The notes beneath the pieces were generated by a model. That model did no database searches and was not told the DNA's origin. It saw only the letters and a list, made by a program, of their open reading frames with translations. Position numbers and translations under genes: made by a program. Shown piece after piece: positions 49,401 to 59,111 of a DNA stretch of 64,000 nt. The DNA comes from an uncultured Candidatus Poseidoniales archaeon. Its GTDB lineage: Archaea; Thermoplasmatota; Poseidoniia; Poseidoniales; Thalassarchaeaceae. The stretch is from the NCBI GenBank assembly GCA_964645485.1, contig CAZXZO010000002.1, forward strand, positions 57,108 to 121,107, read 5' to 3'. Each line of letters opens with the position of its first letter. The stretch's first letter is position 1.

Positions 49401-49501
49401 ATCTGTTTTTGCGACGCCGCTTGGATTGGCGTCGGGCTCCAACCTCTATCCTCAGCGAGTTGAGAGAGGGAATCTGCGAGCGCACTGAAATCAGACAGCA
49501 A
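46472..49501 (-). CDS. lhr: Archaeal Lhr-type SF2 helicase
   Basis: APTGSGKT, ITPLRALNRD, DEVH, GLSATVG, HHGSL, SSLELGID, QRVGRAEH, C-terminal CxxC/CxC and GVGEETASRIL. Confidence 0.92.
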   Translation of the reverse strand: MLSDFSALADSLSQLAEDRGWSPTPIQAASQKQILDGSDHLLIAPTGSGKTEAAVMPLLSRAITQKWQPMCILYITPLRALNRDIDRRIESLSQACGLRSDVRHGDTTQSQRTKQSRNPPHLLVTTPETCQLLLFGSRLREGMSNLRAVVIDEVHDLAASERGAQLTVALERIDELCGRRVQRIGLSATVGNPDEMAGWLSPTATPINAPAPRPAELQVVTEPTTAEDRALSLELHVSPRGLAALRRLASKVKESAPCLIFVNSRNAAETVAQRISKLDEGLNIGVHHGSLAAETRQEMESELQKGNLHGLVCTSSLELGIDVGSIKQVHQVQSPRAVDRLLQRVGRAEHVLGGTSRGMLLCWENDDIAESAVITRRAMSSQLEGVEWRRKPLSVVANQLILTAIAEKVIPLSSAATLLRRAPIFSDITDSEIHEIITILDDRRLLKLVEKPVNSDPIDWPPIIWQNAAEKNKDLPEKRPKREELEGVSDEQRETWSKALRSTLPKNLKNGWFSPGSRSRHYMLNHLSMIADETRYSVRDSVSRRPLGNVDETFVLSLDSSGGEEDGSPRRFVMAGRTWQIIDADPEKSELLVAPISDISTAPVWAGELPAVPADIAREVGNLRMVIADDHRWDVEYPKDENFGPKVNAWLEELPDKHKLSKYPVSDHSLGILTTSIGEHLDATGCIPNARLLTVEARRDALVLNCCHGNKVNAALAHFLQAMASTIDGKSGRAIIDPYRISLQVPALTADSMVTWLTETPPEALRDIMRMTIPNGRKLRARLVQVCKIFGILQRGVDPRRVNLQGIINRYRGTVVLDEALDKLFHDQMDIDGTVALLEAIQAGAVRIEQTASGPLGISPRSEKDLLLPNWSDAEVRVRLEERLVNERAVLICLACASRMRTRVAMYGAKHTHCDCGGTMLAASREGLEEMLAGWVASEDQTVQARMEKNAHIVRQRGIEALICLMARGVGEETASRILNRVPKGERELMLKIIHEAELNYARTRRFWA

Positions 49502-49557
49502 GTAACTCCCCTCTCAAAAGAGGGGGGAAAGCCTGAGTGTGAAAAGGACGCCGGCTA

Positions 49558-52500
49558 TCAATCGTCATCTTCTTCATCATATTCGTCATCAAATTCATCA
49601 TCATCGTCAAACATTAGGTCGTCATCAAACAATTCAGAACGATTCGTGAGAGCTCCCTGCATGCTAACATATGCAACAATAGGTAGAACAATCATAGCGA
49701 TAATAATTCCAATTACAGCGAGTAAGTTTTGGCGAGCGCCTTCAACCCACCCCATTCCAAATGCGTAGTCAACAGACACTCCTACACTAGCACTATTATC
49801 GGATTCGTCAACTTCCGAAATTTCGTTTTCTGTGTCAACGATTACGATTACTCTGTCAACCCCTTTCTCAGCAACCCATGTCGCAGAAATAGGAATTGCT
49901 TCATCAGCGATACCGTTCAGTTTCTGTGTGGCGAATGGTTTTTCTGAATCACCAGAATAGAATCCAACTACAAACCCGGAATTAGTTGAACCACCGAGAT
50001 TAGAAATCCATGCTGTAACCTCCACTTTGTCACCATTAGCAACAATTTCTTTATCTGCCGAAATTCGTTCTACAGTCAATTGTGCTCCTAGTGCTCCAAA
50101 CCGAATCCATTGTAGTTCGTGGTCACCATTTAGGTCAACAGGTTCTCTCACTGGGTCACTCTTCGAGTTTCCTTCAGTGGCAAGTGGGTTGCCAGCACTG
50201 TCCCAACCTTCAATCCAGAATCCGACTTCATAATCCTGAAGTGGTGGATTCATTCCGTCTCCAATCAAGTCCACAGTACCTGTCCAAGTGATTGCTTGTC
50301 CTTCTTGAAGCATCCCCAAAAGGGAGGACCCTGAGGAAATTTGGCGCTGATTCTCATCTCGCATTAACCAGTGTACCCACTGCGGGCTTCCTGAAAGGTC
50401 TGCATCTTCCCAGCCAATGAATTCTACTGGTACTTCAGTTAGAGCAGTCTTGTTAGAAATGTCAATGACATCAATCGGTGTTAGCCTTTCAAGAACTCTA
50501 GGTGGAGCGTGATCGACCTTAACTTGCAAAGTTGTTGAAACGGTGTCGCGAGTCATATCCTCACCTCTGCCAGGAATATTTCTCACTCCTGCAAGGAAGG
50601 TTCTAGTTTCACTAGAAGCAAGTGTGGTGGCGGCCCCAAGAGGGACTTCTAAACTAAATCCACCATCGTCAGTTAGGCTTCCATCGGACCAGTATTGTAC
50701 TCCATCGAAGACTTCAACTGTAATTCCCAAATTTTTCGGTGCGGGTACATCGCTACCTTCGTAAACCACTCTACCAGACCAGCGCAAACGGTCGTTAGGC
50801 ACAACCCGGCTTCCATCAAACACGGGGCCAACTCTTGGCTCTTGTACATCTTCTACGGTGTAAGTTTGAGCGTCTAGTACCAAGTCATTCTCAATTCTGA
50901 AAGTGTGCTCTGTGAAGATTTCCCTACGTGGTTCAGTACTGCCTAATTGAGTGAATTCTAAGGCGATATCTGACAGATCAGCATCAGGCCAGTCCCATGA
51001 AAATGCGAAAGCAAATGTGACCTTCACCCAAGGTAAACCTGTTTCGTTAGTAGTAACAATTCCTCCGCATGATTCATCCAGTATATTATTACAAGCTGGT
51101 GAAATTTCAAGGTAATCATCGTCAGTCCAAAATGTAGCATTATTTCCACTGAAAGATAATCTCTGTTGGTCTCTCTCTGGATCAGGTCCTTCAAAGTCAA
51201 AAATTAAAGAAATATCAGTGAAGTCAATCAAGCCGTTGGCATCAACAAGGCCGAGTGTGATATATTGAGTGGTTCCCGCAAATGCTCTTTCACCATCTTC
51301 GTGACCTGCCCAATGTAATCCGGTGAATACCGAATCCATGTCTTTTCTTGTTCTGTAGGTTACCAAGTCATAATCAAAACCGGGGCCATCTGAACGGAGT
51401 AGCGCATTGCCTGCAACATCAGTTCCGGTGACGTAATAAGAGACTCTTGCCATGTTTGGATTATTTGAATCATCAATATATGCGAAGAACAATTTGTCAA
51501 TGTCATCAGTCATATTTGTCATGGTTTGATTGACGTATTCGCCTGCATCAGCATTGCCATTACGGTTAGAGTCATGTTCTGCTTCTATCCAGTAGTGAAG
51601 AGTCAATTCTTCAGGTGCGCCAATTTCATCCTGAATTCTTATGCGCACCGCTTGGTCTTCTTGCCCTGCCTCGTAGGCATTGTCAAGAGGAGTTGCTTCT
51701 ATCAGAGTTGGACTTGTGGCATCAACTCGGATGGTTCGTTGCCATGATTGGTTGGTTGAGAGGACTTTGAGAGGGTCTCTTGGGTTGTCAATCACGACCT
51801 CGTAGAATACACCGTCTGGGCGGTCAATTGTATCTACAGGAACTGGAATAAAGAACTCTCCATATTGGTTTGACCGGTCTTTGGCTTGTACGAAATCACC
51901 TTCTGTAGTTCGCTTGACGACGGCTACATCGAAGGTAGAGTCTAGCGGTGCATCTTGAGTTCCGTCATACCAAATTGCTCCTTGGAAGTACAGCGTTTCA
52001 CCCGCTTTAATCCACTCATAATTTGGGACATCATCATGGTGCACAGCACCGTCATTGTCTCTGACTGCCAACCATCCAAGTCCATAGGATTGGTTCACTC
52101 GGATTCCTGGAGCGTTACTTGCCCGTGATGATAGAGACATTGGTGAGAGGCCTTGGTCATCAGTGCAACTGACTCTGAATCCAACATTGTCCTGTTCAAT
52201 GAAATTAGAGGTGACGCGGAAAGCCCAATGAATTTCTAAAATACCATTACTGTTATTGGTCCACGTTGCAGAAGCATCTGGAATTATCCAATCTTCGGGG
52301 TCGTCATCAATAAGGGTTCCATCACTGTTCCAAGTTAAGGAAGGAGTTTCACTTGCAGGGTATGCTAAGAAATCAAGAGTTGCAGTAGATATGCCTCCGG
52401 CATCTTCACCAATTACGTGTCTAGTTACAACTTCATAGGTGTCAATTGTTTCATGCAACACCATAGTTTCATCCCAACTAATGTCAAGATTGACTGTTTG

Positions 52501-54615
52501 CATGACGTATGTAATTGAAAATGAATTTATCACCACTTTACCAGAAGACGACGAAAGAATCTGGATTGGGATCAGTTCTGTTCCAGAGCCTGTATCTGGA
52601 ATAGCATCATTTAGGGCATTAACAATTGAACTTCCTGATGTGCCAGATGCAGTTACCGTGGAGAGTAAGGCGTTGGTATGAGTCCACTCAGCACTGCCAT
52701 CACTGCCGATGTCTAATTTCACATTTTGGGGAGCATTGGAGTAAAGAGCGACTTGGAAGTCATCTACAATTGGACTGTATGCATTGGCGCCACCAGCGTA
52801 AAAGTAGAAACAGAGGGTGAGATATGACAGAGTAGTCGGGAAGTTTACCGTTTGTCCCGGTGTATTCAAAGTCGTAGATGTCCCCGATGTGCAACTGCTA
52901 GATGTAGTCCACCTGACTGATAATGAACTACCACCTAATTCTGTTGAGTTCCACCATACTTGGGCTGCTACAGGCCCATTTGAGCTAGAACCAAAATATG
53001 GGGTTCGCATCCACATTAATCCTGAAGGTGCATAAGAGCCGGTGTAACCTAGGGCAATCGTATCTATTAAAGCAGAAACGTTGCTGTTTGTGCTGTTGAG
53101 ATATGCTCTCCATCCAAGTTGGGTTCCTGAATTTGTGAAAGTTACTCTTGTTCCGATTTGTGCTTGCTTCCAAGTCACTCCACCATCGTTTGTGACTTCA
53201 TATTCTACCGATGTTCCTGTTGGCTTCCAGGAAATTGCTGCAGTTAATGTCAAGTCCGGAGTTGTTCTAGTTGCAGTGATTGCGGATGAAGTTATTATTG
53301 TAGAAGTGGTGCTAGGTGTTCCCATTGAAGAAACAGTTGACCTTCCATTGGTGAAGATTTTGTGAGAACTTCCACTTGGGCATTGGGTGTTGTAATAACA
53401 ACTCCATGCAAGAGTCCCATCCGCTGTGCCTTCCAGTCCGAAGTGAGCATGATTTGGGAACAAAATATCTCCTTGGTGTTCAGGCCATGCCCCACCTCGG
53501 AGGAAAACCGAGTGGTAGTTTTTGGCCTTACAGTTGTTATTGCTTGAGTATGTACAGTAAACATTCACAGTTACTCTGTCGCCAGCAACATCGAGTCCTG
53601 CTGGTTGACCTTGACCACTTGGAATCATCATCAACAATTGTGTTGAAAGTGCTTGAGCGGGGCTTGAGCGGTTGACATTCCAAAGGTAGTAATTGTAATT
53701 TCCACTCACATAGCGGGATGCTACAACATACATTTCATTGTCAACTGGGTCAAAAGCAACACCTCCAATGTTGTATGATGAACCATACCATGCCTGATTA
53801 CATGACCAACTGGTCCCTGCAGAATTGACTGTCCACTTAGCGATGTAGTTGTAATTCCAACTTGTTGTCCAAATCGTACCATTTCCATCACTGGTGATGT
53901 CAGAAAGATATGCCATGGTAGAGGTCGTACAACTGTTGAATGAAAGGCTCACAGTGCCTATTTGGGCGCCAGTAGTTGTGTTATAACTCCTAATTGATGG
54001 GGTGCTGTAAAGACTGGTGCTTGACCATTGTGCGACAAAAGTTTTGCTTCCTTGGTAAGCTACAGGGCCAGCATAATTCCAAGAGCCACCAGAATACGCT
54101 GAATAACCCTGAGTAGTTGCTCCCACTAAATCAGAATCAGCCAAGCCAATAGATCCACCTGTTGTGTTGTGGACTGCATTTGGTGCACTGGAAATATCAC
54201 TCGTTCTCGTTAAAGCCCAACTCGCTTCACTTTGCATTTCTCTTAGGGATGTTTGATCGTTACCAACATCAATAGTAGTTCGATAATCATAAGAGAAGTA
54301 TGGGACATTCATAGGCCCATCTGTTGTTGAAGGACCGCCAAAGTGTGTATTGGTGCTTGCATTAGCCCAAGTAGTTGTTGAAGGTTCTCCAGTGATAGAG
54401 AAACTTGCTGATGTTACTTCTGCTCCATAAGGCATGTTTACTCCAGCAGTTCCACCATTCCCTTGACCGGCAAAGGTGTGGGAAAAACTGGTAGTGCCAT
54501 CAGCAAATTGGGTTTCAGTAGTTGCCGCGATTGCAAATGATAGCGTTGTAGACAACAGCATTAATCCGGCCAAGAAAAACGAAGTGAATTTGATTTGGTT
54601 GTTGCATCTAAACAT
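49558..54615 (-). CDS. Very large secreted, C-terminally anchored surface protein with Ig-like and CARDB domains
   Basis: Signal-like N-terminus, S/T/Y/N-rich strands, NVKLDIGSDGSAEW module, CARDB-like VTAWISNLGG...VIVDTENEISEVDESDNS, TM helix, acidic tail. Confidence 0.85.
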   Translation of the reverse strand: MFRCNNQIKFTSFFLAGLMLLSTTLSFAIAATTETQFADGTTSFSHTFAGQGNGGTAGVNMPYGAEVTSASFSITGEPSTTTWANASTNTHFGGPSTTDGPMNVPYFSYDYRTTIDVGNDQTSLREMQSEASWALTRTSDISSAPNAVHNTTGGSIGLADSDLVGATTQGYSAYSGGSWNYAGPVAYQGSKTFVAQWSSTSLYSTPSIRSYNTTTGAQIGTVSLSFNSCTTSTMAYLSDITSDGNGTIWTTSWNYNYIAKWTVNSAGTSWSCNQAWYGSSYNIGGVAFDPVDNEMYVVASRYVSGNYNYYLWNVNRSSPAQALSTQLLMMIPSGQGQPAGLDVAGDRVTVNVYCTYSSNNNCKAKNYHSVFLRGGAWPEHQGDILFPNHAHFGLEGTADGTLAWSCYYNTQCPSGSSHKIFTNGRSTVSSMGTPSTTSTIITSSAITATRTTPDLTLTAAISWKPTGTSVEYEVTNDGGVTWKQAQIGTRVTFTNSGTQLGWRAYLNSTNSNVSALIDTIALGYTGSYAPSGLMWMRTPYFGSSSNGPVAAQVWWNSTELGGSSLSVRWTTSSSCTSGTSTTLNTPGQTVNFPTTLSYLTLCFYFYAGGANAYSPIVDDFQVALYSNAPQNVKLDIGSDGSAEWTHTNALLSTVTASGTSGSSIVNALNDAIPDTGSGTELIPIQILSSSSGKVVINSFSITYVMQTVNLDISWDETMVLHETIDTYEVVTRHVIGEDAGGISTATLDFLAYPASETPSLTWNSDGTLIDDDPEDWIIPDASATWTNNSNGILEIHWAFRVTSNFIEQDNVGFRVSCTDDQGLSPMSLSSRASNAPGIRVNQSYGLGWLAVRDNDGAVHHDDVPNYEWIKAGETLYFQGAIWYDGTQDAPLDSTFDVAVVKRTTEGDFVQAKDRSNQYGEFFIPVPVDTIDRPDGVFYEVVIDNPRDPLKVLSTNQSWQRTIRVDATSPTLIEATPLDNAYEAGQEDQAVRIRIQDEIGAPEELTLHYWIEAEHDSNRNGNADAGEYVNQTMTNMTDDIDKLFFAYIDDSNNPNMARVSYYVTGTDVAGNALLRSDGPGFDYDLVTYRTRKDMDSVFTGLHWAGHEDGERAFAGTTQYITLGLVDANGLIDFTDISLIFDFEGPDPERDQQRLSFSGNNATFWTDDDYLEISPACNNILDESCGGIVTTNETGLPWVKVTFAFAFSWDWPDADLSDIALEFTQLGSTEPRREIFTEHTFRIENDLVLDAQTYTVEDVQEPRVGPVFDGSRVVPNDRLRWSGRVVYEGSDVPAPKNLGITVEVFDGVQYWSDGSLTDDGGFSLEVPLGAATTLASSETRTFLAGVRNIPGRGEDMTRDTVSTTLQVKVDHAPPRVLERLTPIDVIDISNKTALTEVPVEFIGWEDADLSGSPQWVHWLMRDENQRQISSGSSLLGMLQEGQAITWTGTVDLIGDGMNPPLQDYEVGFWIEGWDSAGNPLATEGNSKSDPVREPVDLNGDHELQWIRFGALGAQLTVERISADKEIVANGDKVEVTAWISNLGGSTNSGFVVGFYSGDSEKPFATQKLNGIADEAIPISATWVAEKGVDRVIVIVDTENEISEVDESDNSASVGVSVDYAFGMGWVEGARQNLLAVIGIIIAMIVLPIVAYVSMQGALTNRSELFDDDLMFDDDDEFDDEYDEEDDD

Positions 54616-54728
54616 AGGCGGTCCCCTAGGGACCGTTAGGGGTACCATTTCAACCCTTTGCACTTAGAACAAATCCAATTACACCGAAACTGTATCAGTC
54701 AGGAGGCCTACGAGCGCATGGGATTGAG

Positions 54729-55571
54729 ATGGCGGCAGGCAAGAAGCGGAAAAATTCGAAGCGAGGTTTGAAGGCATATTTTGGAGAAATTTGGGAGGAT
54801 AAAAGAGACCATCATTTGACAATTTTGGGAATGCTAACAGTTCTTACTTTTGCCATGATTTTATGGGCAATAGCATTCTTCTCAATGTTTGCTTCAAACG
54901 CACAACAGGAAGCCAATGGATGGGCAGATTTGACCGCAGCAACTTGGGTTGGAGTCTTACTTGCATTTGTTCTTCTATTGTTTGTTATTCCGGAGTTTTT
55001 CCATTATCTCGGAGTACGTAATTCACTTGTGGATATTCTTGAGACAGACTCTCGGGCAGAGTTACAAAAGAACAGCAAAGAATTAGATGAAGGGGCCAAA
55101 CTACTCGCCGGCGCGTGGCCTGCTAGAATTGCTGCCAAAAAGGTGGAGTTAGGTTTACGTCGCGATATGCCGGATGGCATGTCATTATCCGACACCGGTA
55201 AAACCTCATTAATTGGCACTTGGATGAATACTAAATATTCCAGATTAGCCCAGAGATTCCCCGATTCGAACCTACTCAAAGACCCTGGAATAAATAAAAT
55301 TATTATTTTCAGTTCACTGACAGGATTACTCCTATTTGTCTATAATGCCTTAATTGGACTAGCGCGTGAGTCGATAACTAGTCCCCGTAATATGACAGTT
55401 GATTTTACTTCCATCATTACAGGTGGTACATACAATGCAACTTGGGCTCCACACTTTGATTTGGTTGGTGTACTAATGATTGCAATGTTTGCAACAATTC
55501 TTTTCATGACTAGTCCAGCATCCAGTGAAGAGGATGAATCAGATAGTGACTCTATTCAAGAAGAAGAATGA
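54729..55571 (+). CDS. Multi-pass membrane protein (possibly DUF3198-like)
   Basis: Four hydrophobic helices, ETDSRAELQKNSKELDE segment, ends IQEEE. Confidence 0.65.
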   Translation: MAAGKKRKNSKRGLKAYFGEIWEDKRDHHLTILGMLTVLTFAMILWAIAFFSMFASNAQQEANGWADLTAATWVGVLLAFVLLLFVIPEFFHYLGVRNSLVDILETDSRAELQKNSKELDEGAKLLAGAWPARIAAKKVELGLRRDMPDGMSLSDTGKTSLIGTWMNTKYSRLAQRFPDSNLLKDPGINKIIIFSSLTGLLLFVYNALIGLARESITSPRNMTVDFTSIITGGTYNATWAPHFDLVGVLMIAMFATILFMTSPASSEEDESDSDSIQEEE

Positions 55572-55583
55572 ATGAGGCGGTAA

Positions 55584-56528
55584 TTGATGGCCACACCATT
55601 AGGCTGGATTCGCGAAGCATTGCTTGCAATCGGATTAATTTCGCTTTTAGTAATTGGTTTGTGGGCAACCACAGGTTCTCTTCCGCCAATGGTAGTGGTT
55701 GAATCATCATCTATGATGCATAATACTGAGGGAGAAGTTGGGGCAATTGACCCAGGTGACCTGGTTCTTGTGATGTCAACATCTCGCCGAACGAAGATTG
55801 TCAGCATGGCAGAAGCAATGGAAGTCGGTGGTGAATGGGAGGGATGGGAATATCATGGCAAACCCGGAGATGTGATTATCTACAAGAAAAATGGTGGAAT
55901 TGACACGCCCGTCATTCATCGTGTAATTCTTGAAGCAGTAGCAAATAGTACAATCTCACCAACTGATCGTTCACTTGGACTCTGTCCGCAGGGAAGTAGT
56001 TGGGACCCGATATCAATTGATGCTGATGGGCAGGCAGGAACATGTGTTCTCACATGGGATGCTCCGGGAACTACAGTATTGAATCAAGCCTCAATAAACT
56101 GGTCCTTTGACAATGTGGAATGCCCTTCAAACCCCCATGGTTTGATGGTTCAGGAGTGGGACCCAGGGCACGCAGGATACCTTACTTTGGGGGACAATAA
56201 CCGTTGTGATGTGGACCAAGGATCTCAAGCCTATCCCTTGGCAGGTGGACTTACTGATGAGAACGGAAATCGAGTTACTGCTGTACGTTCAGACTGGGTA
56301 GTTGGGGTTGCGGGTGCTGAACTACCATGGCTTGGTACAATCAAACTAGCAGCCTCATCAAATTCGGCCCAAGTAACAGGTCATAGTTGGAGAATGCTGG
56401 GAGCAACAGCGGTCATTCTTTTACTTGGGACATTTGTCGTTGAGCAGGCTACTGAAAAGTTGTTGATTGGTTCGCCTGAAATCTCTCAGGCGAATAAAGA
56501 GCAGGAAAAAAATTCCGAAGAAGAGTAA
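55584..56528 (+). CDS. Signal peptidase I (S26, archaeal/Sec11 type)
   Basis: N-terminal TM, VVVESSSMMH (Ser), GDLVLV, PVIHRVI (His), TLGDNN, GTIKL. Ends NSEEE. Confidence 0.85.
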   Translation: MMATPLGWIREALLAIGLISLLVIGLWATTGSLPPMVVVESSSMMHNTEGEVGAIDPGDLVLVMSTSRRTKIVSMAEAMEVGGEWEGWEYHGKPGDVIIYKKNGGIDTPVIHRVILEAVANSTISPTDRSLGLCPQGSSWDPISIDADGQAGTCVLTWDAPGTTVLNQASINWSFDNVECPSNPHGLMVQEWDPGHAGYLTLGDNNRCDVDQGSQAYPLAGGLTDENGNRVTAVRSDWVVGVAGAELPWLGTIKLAASSNSAQVTGHSWRMLGATAVILLLGTFVVEQATEKLLIGSPEISQANKEQEKNSEEE

Positions 56529-56537
56529 ACTAATTCC

Positions 56538-58025
56538 TTAGATAATCAATGGAAGAAGGATGATTAGGATTAACATCCCCATCAGAATCAGACTTGACAT
56601 ACTGGAAATTTTGTGGGCTGCATTGCGCACACTAATTGGATGAGAGTTAGGTGAAAACTTAGCGAAGAATGCAAAGTAGTCATGCAGACGGTCTCTCAAT
56701 AAATGGCCACCATCAAATGGCAGGATTGGAATTAGATTAGCGAAGCCGAGTAGCACATTCATCCACGTTATCCAAAACAGTAGATGGAGTAAAATCATAG
56801 TCCCTTCGAATCCAAGGAAGGTATCACTATCAAGAAGTTGCAATTCTTGTTGATGCATAATTTCTCCCTTGTTCTCTATTGGGTTGAAGATAAGGGACAA
56901 CGGTTGTACCGCCAATCCTACAACCAAGGGGAGAGGATCTTTTGGAGCACTTGATGCTAGAGGACCGGACAGTCGATTCGCCCCTGCATCATTGGAGGCT
57001 AAGCCTATCACTCCTAGGAACGCATCTCCTTCCTCTATACCATAAGCAGCGAGAATCGCAGGGTCTGTGCCTAAATCAAGTTGGTATTGATATTGGTCTG
57101 CAAGAGTTAGGTCGATGTCTCGCTGACTCCGCTCACCTTGACTGTCGGCGATAGTAAGAATGGTGAGCGTGATGTTATCTCCCGCTTGGTGTGAATCAAG
57201 AAAAGATATGAAATCATCTTTGTCAGTTATCTCAGAACCATTTGCATGTGTTATCACTTCCCATGGTTGAAGGCCTGCTTCTGACGCAGGTTGTTGGTCA
57301 ATAATTCCTTCAGCATGTACTCCATTTATTGCTGGGGTTAGGGTGTTGGCAACTAATGCCATCACAATAAAAAATATGAAAGCGCCGTAGATATTTATTG
57401 CTGGGCCTGCTGCAAATACTCGCTGTCGTTCACGTCTCGGAGCGCGCATTATTTCTCTTCCTTCTGGCTCTGCAAATGCTCCTATTGGAATCAATCCAAG
57501 TATAAGTAATCCAAAACTTCGAACTCTCATCCCATGTGCACGGGTTAGAATTCCATGCCCATATTCATGAATTACCAAGGCAATAATCAGGCCAATTAAT
57601 CCCCAAAGAAGTGGTATTGTTGGTGTTACCCCAGGAATTAAAATTATTTCCGAAGGACTGGCTGGCTCAAGTTCATTAGGATTCATTATCGTGAAAATGA
57701 ATGTAAAAATAAAGAAAATTAATACAAGTGCACTGATGAATCTACAAGTCCACAAGCCAATTTCACCAAAAATTTTCCATGCTTTTTGTGGCTTAGAGAT
57801 TGCATCCAAAACCTTCTGACCACGGTTCGTGCGAACCATTAGGACGACTCCAAGTACTCTAGTCGCATCCCAATTGTCAAGTGTTCCTTGGGCTTCTAGC
57901 CGCTTGAGTAAGAGATACCAAACAACAATCCCAAGCACAGACCAATGGATTTGGATAGCTATGATGCTGGCGATGACAATGAAGATGAGTTCGCGAGAGC
58001 GAGATGTCCCCTCCTCTCTTTGCAC
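56538..58025 (-). CDS. Site-2 protease (M50) with a PDZ domain
   Basis: IHEYGH, GAFAEP, FAAGPAIN, PDZ-like PASEAGLQPWEVI, NLIPILPFDGGH. Confidence 0.92.
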   Translation of the reverse strand: MQREEGTSRSRELIFIVIASIIAIQIHWSVLGIVVWYLLLKRLEAQGTLDNWDATRVLGVVLMVRTNRGQKVLDAISKPQKAWKIFGEIGLWTCRFISALVLIFFIFTFIFTIMNPNELEPASPSEIILIPGVTPTIPLLWGLIGLIIALVIHEYGHGILTRAHGMRVRSFGLLILGLIPIGAFAEPEGREIMRAPRRERQRVFAAGPAINIYGAFIFFIVMALVANTLTPAINGVHAEGIIDQQPASEAGLQPWEVITHANGSEITDKDDFISFLDSHQAGDNITLTILTIADSQGERSQRDIDLTLADQYQYQLDLGTDPAILAAYGIEEGDAFLGVIGLASNDAGANRLSGPLASSAPKDPLPLVVGLAVQPLSLIFNPIENKGEIMHQQELQLLDSDTFLGFEGTMILLHLLFWITWMNVLLGFANLIPILPFDGGHLLRDRLHDYFAFFAKFSPNSHPISVRNAAHKISSMSSLILMGMLILIILLPLII

Positions 58026-58111
58026 AGGGGTTGCTCTCCACTGTCCTCTTTGAACCTGCGCGTCAAGGGTGATACAGAGCCCTCATAGGTGAGTACTCCT
58101 TGAGAGGGGTG

Positions 58112-58300
58112 ATGGCTACAGACGAATCAAATCTGTCTGAGGCCCACAGTGTTGAGCGCAGGCTATCCGATTTGAAGCGCGAAGTTGAAGCAATCAAGCG
58201 ATTGATAACTCAGGCATCTCTAAATCGTCTGACCTCTGAAATTGAGCGACAGGAATCGGAAATTGATGATGTAAAAGAAGAACTTCACTGCAAGATTTGA
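58112..58300 (+). CDS. Small coiled-coil hypothetical protein
   Basis: SD GAGGGGTG before ATG 58112, heptad-like LSDLKREVEAIKRL, fills an otherwise empty gap. Confidence 0.55.
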   Translation: MATDESNLSEAHSVERRLSDLKREVEAIKRLITQASLNRLTSEIERQESEIDDVKEELHCKI

Positions 58301-58314
58301 AGTCATTACATGAT

Positions 58315-58974
58315 TCAAAGCCTAAATTTTTTGACCCATTCTTCTGGCTCTCTTTGTTCAAGAATTGTTTTTTGTTCTTCTTCTATTTTCAGCGTCTCAG
58401 CTTTTTCTGTCCAAGCGTTTGCTTTCGAGCGAAGAGTTTGTGCAGTTTGTGCATAACTATCCGAATCACGGCAAAGTAATGAAAGAAATTTGTGAAGTGG
58501 AAGCCCTTCATCCCAGTCCAAGTGTGGTGTACCATTTCTCGTCAAAGGTAGTGAAGGTAAGCGTCGAGATAATATTGAAACCGAACCGGTCAAATTAGTA
58601 GTTTCCACCTTGAAAATCCGCCACGAATCACCCCTCACTCCTTTCAGTCTCATTGCATATAATGGCATTAAGCCACAACGCTCGCCTTCTTTTTGTAAAT
58701 CGAGGTACTGCTCCATAGTTCTTCCAGAGAGATAGACCTTTTTTTCCTTGGTAGTTTTCACTTCAATAGGAAATGAAATATCACCTCGAACCGCTATCAA
58801 ATCACCTGCTCCGGCAACTCCACTTCCGGCAGCACGAACAACCAAAAATGGTCTTCTGATAACTTGCATTGCCCTTGCTTTCTCAGAGGCGTTACAACTT
58901 CTTGTAACAGCCCTGACTCCATCAGGTGAACCAATCAGAACTGCGCGCAGTTCGCGCTCATAATGAGAAGCCAT
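58315..58974 (-). CDS. hjc: Archaeal Holliday junction resolvase Hjc-like PD-(D/E)XK nuclease
   Basis: YEREL, VVRAAGSG, GDLIAVR, IEVK, with an insertion after helix 1 and a C-terminal extension. Start ATG 58974. Confidence 0.8.
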   Translation of the reverse strand: MASHYERELRAVLIGSPDGVRAVTRSCNASEKARAMQVIRRPFLVVRAAGSGVAGAGDLIAVRGDISFPIEVKTTKEKKVYLSGRTMEQYLDLQKEGERCGLMPLYAMRLKGVRGDSWRIFKVETTNLTGSVSILSRRLPSLPLTRNGTPHLDWDEGLPLHKFLSLLCRDSDSYAQTAQTLRSKANAWTEKAETLKIEEEQKTILEQREPEEWVKKFRL

Positions 58975-59111
58975 CGTTGAGCACGCTAATCCATTCATTC
59001 AAGACAATGCCGGCGAGATTTGCTTATCGCGCATCGTTTCTGATAGAAATTGGCTAAATCGGGTCACATCTACCGGAACCATTGACAAAGGTCGGGGCCC
59101 CACACCTATTC

